Shown here: positions 48,774-54,305 of the stretch, piece by piece | How the letters are laid out: the number at the start of each line of letters is the position of its first letter | Position numbering within the stretch: position 1 is the stretch's first letter | Source of the DNA: Actinomycetes bacterium | GTDB lineage: Bacteria; Armatimonadota; SYMT01 | Direction: 5' to 3' | DNA: 54,305 nucleotides | Assembly (NCBI GenBank): GCA_031426395.1 | Contig: JANPLG010000164.1 | Location: 1-54,305 of the forward strand | Program-made: the position numbers and the translations under genes | The notes under the pieces: generated by a model | What the model was told of the DNA's origin: nothing | What the model saw: the letters and a program-made list of their open reading frames with translations, nothing else | Database searches by the model: none

Positions 48774-49064
48774 CCGTCACTCCGGGCACACTTGAGGCAT
48801 TGGAGTGTGGACTAACTCCCCTCCCGGAATCTGCCATGCCTTCGCGGCACCCATCCATGAAACGGTCGTTAAGCAAGGCCAGCCATCGGCACGAAATGCT
48901 TCCTATCCGGCACCCAGCGCCGTCATTCCGGGCTGTACCTCTCATGGGCGAGGGAGTGTTGTCCTCCCGGAACCCATTTGAACCCGGCCTGATCGTGCTC
49001 CCCGCCACGGCCAAGGGAGCTATGTGTTAGCCAAGGGCGAGATCAGTTTCACAGGATCCAGCCG
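48774..49064 (-). ncRNA. Unclassified conserved structured non-coding element, copy 2
   Basis: See copy 1 at 30465-30756. Confidence 0.6.
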
Positions 49065-49251
49065 GATCGACGCTGCGCGTGGGAGAAGTCCTTCCGCCGA
49101 CCGCAACCGTGTCCGGTTCCCGCGCGTTGGGTGGTTCTCCTGCCGTGGATTCGATACCCGTGTCTCAACGCCAGCCGTGCCGCGCCCTTGTGATTTAATG
49201 GGGCCAGCCGGGGCAATCGACTCCCAGGCAGCGGGGATTGGCGGAGGCGGC

Positions 49252-50130
49252 ATGGCAGCCCGAATCATTGACGGCAAGGCGGTAGCGGCGGAGGTCCTGA
49301 AGGGCCTGGCGCTGGAGGCGGCCCAACTCCGGGAAGCCCGCGTCATAGCAACCATCGCGGTGGTGCTGGTGGGGGACGACCCTGCCTCCCACACCTACGT
49401 CCGAAGCAAGATCCGCACCGCGGAGAGCCTGGGGATGGGGTCGCGCGCCCACATCTTGCCGGAGAGCACGCCGCACGCGGAACTGATGGGCCTGGTGCAG
49501 CAACTCAACGAAGACCCGGCGGTCCACGGGATCCTGGTTCAGCTTCCGCTCCCTCCGCAGATCAACGCCACCGAGGTACTGGACGCCATCCACCCGCTGA
49601 AGGATGTCGATGGCTTTCATCCCTACAACGTGGGCAAACTGGTCCAGGGCGGCACCCCCATGCCGCCCTGCACGCCTGCGGGCATCCTGGAGCTGATCCG
49701 GCACTCCGGGATCAGCCTGCCCGGGAAGGAAGCGGTGGTGGTGGGGCGAAGCAACATCGTGGGGAAGCCGGTGGCGCTGCTGCTGCTGGCGGAGAACGCC
49801 ACGGTGACCGTCTGCCACAGCCGCACCGCTGACGTGGCGGCAGTCTGCCGTCGCGCGGACGTGCTGGTGGTGGCCATCGGACGGGCGCGGATGATTACGG
49901 CTGACTTCGTGAAGGAGGGTGCGGTGGTGATCGATGTCGGCACTAACCGCCTCACGGAGGGGCTTGCCGAGGGGGAGCAAGCCGGGAAGCTGTGCGGGGA
50001 TGTCGACTTCGCCTCCGTCTCCCAGAAGGCGGGTGCGCTCACACCCGTGCCAGGCGGCGTCGGCCCAATGACCATCGCCATGCTGATGAAGAACACCTTG
50101 ACTGCGGCGCGGCTCCAATCCGCAGCCTGA
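49252..50130 (+). CDS. folD: Methylenetetrahydrofolate dehydrogenase/cyclohydrolase
   Basis: [46 protein letters not shown] and [11 protein letters not shown]. Confidence 0.98.
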   Translation: MAARIIDGKAVAAEVLKGLALEAAQLREARVIATIAVVLVGDDPASHTYVRSKIRTAESLGMGSRAHILPESTPHAELMGLVQQLNEDPAVHGILVQLPLPPQINATEVLDAIHPLKDVDGFHPYNVGKLVQGGTPMPPCTPAGILELIRHSGISLPGKEAVVVGRSNIVGKPVALLLLAENATVTVCHSRTADVAAVCRRADVLVVAIGRARMITADFVKEGAVVIDVGTNRLTEGLAEGEQAGKLCGDVDFASVSQKAGALTPVPGGVGPMTIAMLMKNTLTAARLQSAA

Positions 50131-50269
50131 CCCCGCGTCTGGCAGATTCCAGGGCCGCGAAACACCGCGGCACCCGACTTACGTCATGACATCGGGCCTT
50201 CAGGTCTCGCTCATGCCCCTTGTACGGCGATATTCCTCGACCCGCCGACATCCGCCTCGGGAGAACGCC

Positions 50270-51202
50270 TTGCCGATCTCTGCCCATCGGGCCGCTCGCC
50301 TCACCGCGCTCATCGCCGCCTCGGCCCTTTTGGCGGGTGGCGCATCCTCCGCGTGGGCAATGGCCGACCCTGTTCCGGCTACCCGAGTGCCGGATGCCGA
50401 CCGCGTCTACCGCGTGCCATACCGCCTCACCGACACCAAGCATCTGCTGGTGCGGGCGCGCATCAACGGCAAGGGGCCGTTCAACTTCATCGTCGACACC
50501 GGTGCGCCCGCGCTCTTCATGAGCACGGATGCCGCGAAGAAGGCGGGAGTGCCTCGAACCGCCGACGGCTGGGGCACCTGTGACCGGGTGCTGCTTGAAG
50601 GCGGCGCGAACGTGGAGAAGGTCCTCGCGCGCATCGACCAGCCTGCCCAGCTCCGTGCCATGAACGCCACCGGACTGCCTGGTGCGCAGGTGGATGGCGT
50701 TCTCGGTTACACGCTGCTGGCGCACTTCCGAATGGAGATCGACCTGACGCGGGCGGAGATGCACTGGACGCGCCTCAACACGCAGATCGCCATTCCTATC
50801 CCCATCAAGGCGGAGGTGCCCGATCACGGTAAGCCGGAGGAGTCGCCAAAGGGTGTTCAGCAGATGGAGGGCCTCGCAAATCTCGCCAGCCTGATGATGA
50901 AGCGACAGGCCGGGCCCACGGTGATCCTGCGCGGATTCCTTGGGCTGGAGCTGGCGGACACGGCGGGTGCCGTGCGGGTGCGCTCTGTCCTGCCGGAGAG
51001 CCCAGCGGCGAAAGCTGGCGTGAAGGCCGGGGACCGCATCGCCAGCGTGGCGGTGGGAACCGGAAAGCTGACCGTCATCACGAGTAGCGCCGGCGTTTTG
51101 CGGGCCGCACGCACCTCGCCGGCGGGAGAGAAGCTTCGGTTCAAGGTGACCCGCGGCGTCAAGCCGCTGATCCTGACGCTGGTCGCCGGGGGAGGACTCT
51201 AG
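50270..51202 (+). CDS. Secreted retropepsin-like aspartyl protease with PDZ domain
   Basis: INGKGPFNFIVDTGA, DGVLG; PDZ motifs FLGL..SPAAKAGVKAGDRI; TTG start with GGAG upstream. Confidence 0.88.
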   Translation: MPISAHRAARLTALIAASALLAGGASSAWAMADPVPATRVPDADRVYRVPYRLTDTKHLLVRARINGKGPFNFIVDTGAPALFMSTDAAKKAGVPRTADGWGTCDRVLLEGGANVEKVLARIDQPAQLRAMNATGLPGAQVDGVLGYTLLAHFRMEIDLTRAEMHWTRLNTQIAIPIPIKAEVPDHGKPEESPKGVQQMEGLANLASLMMKRQAGPTVILRGFLGLELADTAGAVRVRSVLPESPAAKAGVKAGDRIASVAVGTGKLTVITSSAGVLRAARTSPAGEKLRFKVTRGVKPLILTLVAGGGL

Positions 51203-52060
51203 ATGAGATCGCAGACACTGGGGGTCCTAATTCTCGCGTCGGGCGGATGCCTGCTGAACGCACCCGCCCGAGCGGCACAAGTGACGGCTCCCGCACCCGA
51301 CCCGACCCGAGGCGCGATTACAGCGCCGCTGGAGGTCACCCGGACGAAGCACCTGGCGGTGCAGGTGCGGATCAATGGCCAGGGTCCGTTCCGCTTGATC
51401 CTCGATACCGGCGCACCGCTCAGCTTCGTGAGCGGCCGGCTGGCGGCGAAGGTGGGGTTGATCAAGCAGGAAGCTGCCAACCGCCCTGCCTTCTTTGGGA
51501 TGCGGGGCCAGTCGGTTCTGAAGAGCGTCGATATCGGTGGGGCGGCGGTGAAGGACCTGGGGGTCATGATCCTAGACCACCCCATTGTCCAGGCACTGGA
51601 GCAGGTCGACGCCCCCCTCGACGGAATCATCGGCTTCAGCTTCTTCGCGCGCTACCGGACCACGCTGGATTACCAGGCCGGAAAGGTCACCTTCCTGCCG
51701 GTCAAGTACGTCCCCGAGGACGTGATGACCGGCATCTTGGCCCGCCTCTCCAACCCCGGTGTCACCCAGACCCGTGGCATCGCGCCCGCCGCTCTCTGGG
51801 GCTTCGACATCGAGAAGAAGGATGCCGGGGACGAAACGGCGGGTGTCCGGGTTTCCCGCGTCTATCCCGGCAGCGCCGCGGATGCCGCCGGCTTGCGGAA
51901 GGACGACCGCCTTCTCACGCTGGACGGCCGCTGGACCGAGAGCGCAAGCGATACGTGGGAGGCAGCGGCCCGAGTCAAGCCGCACCAGGAGACGGTGATC
52001 ACCGTCCGCCGTGGCGAAGAGGAGCTGGAACTCCGCGTCCGCCCGCGCGCAGGACTGTAG
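51203..52060 (+). CDS. Secreted retropepsin-like aspartyl protease with PDZ domain (paralog)
   Basis: INGQGPFRLILDTGA, DGIIG; PDZ motif GSAADAAGLRKDDRL. Confidence 0.9.
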   Translation: MRSQTLGVLILASGGCLLNAPARAAQVTAPAPDPTRGAITAPLEVTRTKHLAVQVRINGQGPFRLILDTGAPLSFVSGRLAAKVGLIKQEAANRPAFFGMRGQSVLKSVDIGGAAVKDLGVMILDHPIVQALEQVDAPLDGIIGFSFFARYRTTLDYQAGKVTFLPVKYVPEDVMTGILARLSNPGVTQTRGIAPAALWGFDIEKKDAGDETAGVRVSRVYPGSAADAAGLRKDDRLLTLDGRWTESASDTWEAAARVKPHQETVITVRRGEEELELRVRPRAGL

Positions 52061-52283
52061 ATCAGAAGCACGGTCCCGGGAGCTTCCATCGTAAGGTGCG
52101 TGATGATCCAGCACTGTTGGGTGAACCTCGGGTGCCTGTGCATCAGTGCATGCGCGCCGTAGTTATTTAAGATGCGTGAAACATTCTCGTAACAAAGCCC
52201 CCCCCCAATCATGGTAACCAAGTAGCGGTTGTACAGTTAGCTACCTTAACGATGCACATTGCGAGTAAGGAAAGGGAACTGCA

Positions 52284-52769
52284 ATGCAAGTCAACAGGCA
52301 GGGGTTAATGCTCATCCTGATTGGAGCATGCACGCTTGGGGTCAGCGCACGTCCGGCGGAAGCCCAGAACCAGGCACCATCGCGACTGCCTCAAATGACT
52401 GGCACCGCCCAGGCACCGATCGAGAAGACGCCTGGTGCATTCATTGCCTACGTCATCACCCAGACTGACAAGGACACACCTATGCTCGGGACGACGGTGA
52501 TTGACACAACCTGCAAGATCACCCCTGTAGCCATTGAGAGTATGGTTGCCGAGGGCAGGACCTATGCCTTGCGGGGCGTAGATGCAAACGGAACGCACAC
52601 CTGGGACATTACGGGGACTGTAGTTGCAACAGGTGGTACGTATGTCGACCGGTGGCGGCTCTACAATGACCGTGTCCAGGGTGACGTGTATTTGGACGAG
52701 CCATTAACGGTGTCGCAGACGGTGCATGTTGCGGAACCGCAACCCCCTGGCGGCGGCGGCGGCTGCTAG
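52284..52769 (+). CDS. Hypothetical secreted protein
   Basis: AAGGGA upstream, signal peptide ending AEA, beta-rich body, PPGGGGGC tail. Confidence 0.65.
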   Translation: MQVNRQGLMLILIGACTLGVSARPAEAQNQAPSRLPQMTGTAQAPIEKTPGAFIAYVITQTDKDTPMLGTTVIDTTCKITPVAIESMVAEGRTYALRGVDANGTHTWDITGTVVATGGTYVDRWRLYNDRVQGDVYLDEPLTVSQTVHVAEPQPPGGGGGC

Positions 52770-52865
52770 GGTGGAATTCTTCGCGCCGGTGCCCTGGCTT
52801 GACAGTGTGCCGGCGCGGACTCGACGGCAACTCATTCACTTGGGAAGCGTAGGGCCAACCAACTC

Positions 52866-53900
52866 ATGAGCACAACTGTCCACAAACTATCGAGGAGAGC
52901 ATCGGCTCGCTACCTCTTCTCTCTCGCAGCCCTGACGGCGATGATCTCGGGCACAGTGTGGGCTGCTGCGTCCCAGGCGGCTCCGGTTCAGCGCGTGGGT
53001 GATCCGCCAAAACTCGTCACCTTCAATCTGCGGAAAGCCAAGCTTCCGGACGCGCTCAAGGAACTCAGCCGGCTGGCGGGCGTACCGTTCTTGACGGATG
53101 CCTTCTCCGACGATCCAGTGTTCTCGGAGATACGCGTGGAAAACGTCCCCGTGGACGTGGCGATTACAAGGGTGGCGGAACTCTTTGATCGCGAGTTGAT
53201 GGCTGGTGACCGCATTCTGGTGCTTCGGCACCGGAAGTGGATTCACAAGCGCCGATTACCTGCGAGTTACTTCCCCTGGACTGTTGAGGCCAACGGAAGA
53301 GGCGCGATCGAACGGGCTAGCGTGCCGGTGCCCACCTTCACGTACCGTTTCGAGGTGGCCGACATCGAATCCGGCGCGCTGATCCGACGGATGAACAAAC
53401 TGGCCAGCAGCGCCCATTCTTTCCCCGCCGAGTTGGCAAGGCACCGAGTTTCGATGATTGGAGAGCGGGCCACCGCTTTCCAGGTCATGGCGGGAATGGA
53501 AGTGCTCTTCAACGCCACTACCACACTGTCGCTGCGCCAGACTGACGCCCAGAAGAAGCAGGAAACCGCTGCGTTGCAGGCCGCCCTGGAAACCCGAACG
53601 TCCGATGAAGGACTCTCGGATGAGCTCAAGCAGGCGCTGGGTACCCTCGTGACCCCCGCAGAACGTGCGGCGCTTGCTGCAAACCAGAAGGTGAAGGTGA
53701 GCCTGGATCGACTACCTCCGGACGTTCGAAAGAAGGCCGAGAAGTACGTGCAGCAACAGTGGTCGGCCGTTCGCTCAGCAGTGGGAGAGGATCAGAGCCT
53801 CGATTTCAGTCGCGGAGTCTGGCTGAGCATCGATCCGAACCCAGCGCTGCTCCTTGGGGTGCACACCCACCTCATGGGTGGCGGGGCGATCGGCTTCTGA
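52866..53900 (+). CDS. Hypothetical secreted protein with STN/secretin-N-like repeats
   Basis: Signal-like N-terminus; VTFNLRKAKLPDALKELSRLAGVPF and VENVPVDVAITRVAELFD. Confidence 0.6.
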   Translation: MSTTVHKLSRRASARYLFSLAALTAMISGTVWAAASQAAPVQRVGDPPKLVTFNLRKAKLPDALKELSRLAGVPFLTDAFSDDPVFSEIRVENVPVDVAITRVAELFDRELMAGDRILVLRHRKWIHKRRLPASYFPWTVEANGRGAIERASVPVPTFTYRFEVADIESGALIRRMNKLASSAHSFPAELARHRVSMIGERATAFQVMAGMEVLFNATTTLSLRQTDAQKKQETAALQAALETRTSDEGLSDELKQALGTLVTPAERAALAANQKVKVSLDRLPPDVRKKAEKYVQQQWSAVRSAVGEDQSLDFSRGVWLSIDPNPALLLGVHTHLMGGGAIGF

Positions 53901-54305
53901 CGCCTTCGCTGGCCCAAAGCTGCTCCTGGGAAAGTACAAAGAAACCGCCGGTGCGCGCTTTCTAAGGGGCGCGACCGGCGGGTCTTCAGCCAGGGCCAAT
54001 AGTCAATCGTCTAAATGTGAAGGACGCCGCTGGCGAAGAATGAGCTGCTTGTCGTAGTCATGCACTTAGACGTTCTTTAGAACTGGCGAGTTCCATCTTT
54101 AGACCAATCTTTTCCGGGGCGCGGATCAGGGTTCCAAAGTCTGGGTTCAGTCTGCGGCGAGCGGCCATGGCGATTTGGTAGTCAGGGCAAAGCACTTTGC
54201 ACCGTGAATCGACCCTGCAGGTGCTGCGGGCGGCTGCTTGAAGATTGGGGATTCGCAGCGGGGGCGGCAGCCGACGATTCTTCCTTAGGCTCGCAACCAG
54301 AGGAA

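Noticed and set aside
48988-49020. ZTP (pfl) riboswitch near folD, suggested by GGGGAGCACGA
   Set aside because: Wrong strand for folD, and the GACUGGCG / CGCCUGGGC elements are absent
48800-49030. Small ORFs within the duplicated element
   Set aside because: Reading frame is not preserved between the two copies
54058-54305. Open minus-strand frame entering from the window edge
   Set aside because: No motif and more than one frame is plausible; cannot be called

Overview
GC-rich bacterial chromosomal window. The gene repertoire (prepilin/DUF1559/H-X9-DG protein, PSD1-DUF1553 with DUF1501, DUF1080, PQQ-like propellers) suggests Armatimonadota or a similar lineage; this is inference only. Core content is a vWA-FHA-PP2C-Ser/Thr kinase operon, a GH78 rhamnosidase, rsmE, an SSS symporter, an asp23-amaP-DUF2273 operon, an acyl-ACP desaturase, an HDAC-like deacetylase, an ABC permease, RidA, tRNA-Gln(UUG), several hydrolases, folD and two tandem aspartyl protease-PDZ genes. 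An accessory block at about 13.7-25.9 kb holds an IS200-like/RAYT transposase in a REP array, an orphan terminase with an in-frame repeat insertion, and a PqqD/RRE-knottin fusion + C25 peptidase + nucleotidyltransferase cluster. Best leads: (1) an unannotated structured non-coding element of about 290 nt present twice (30.5 kb and 48.8 kb); (2) the RRE-fused knottin-like precursor cluster; (3) a probable exported AhpD-like selenoprotein (CxxU) that the ORF track splits at a TGA; (4) heptamer/octamer inverted-repeat cassettes inserted in frame into genes. All family calls come from recognising motifs by eye, not from database searches.
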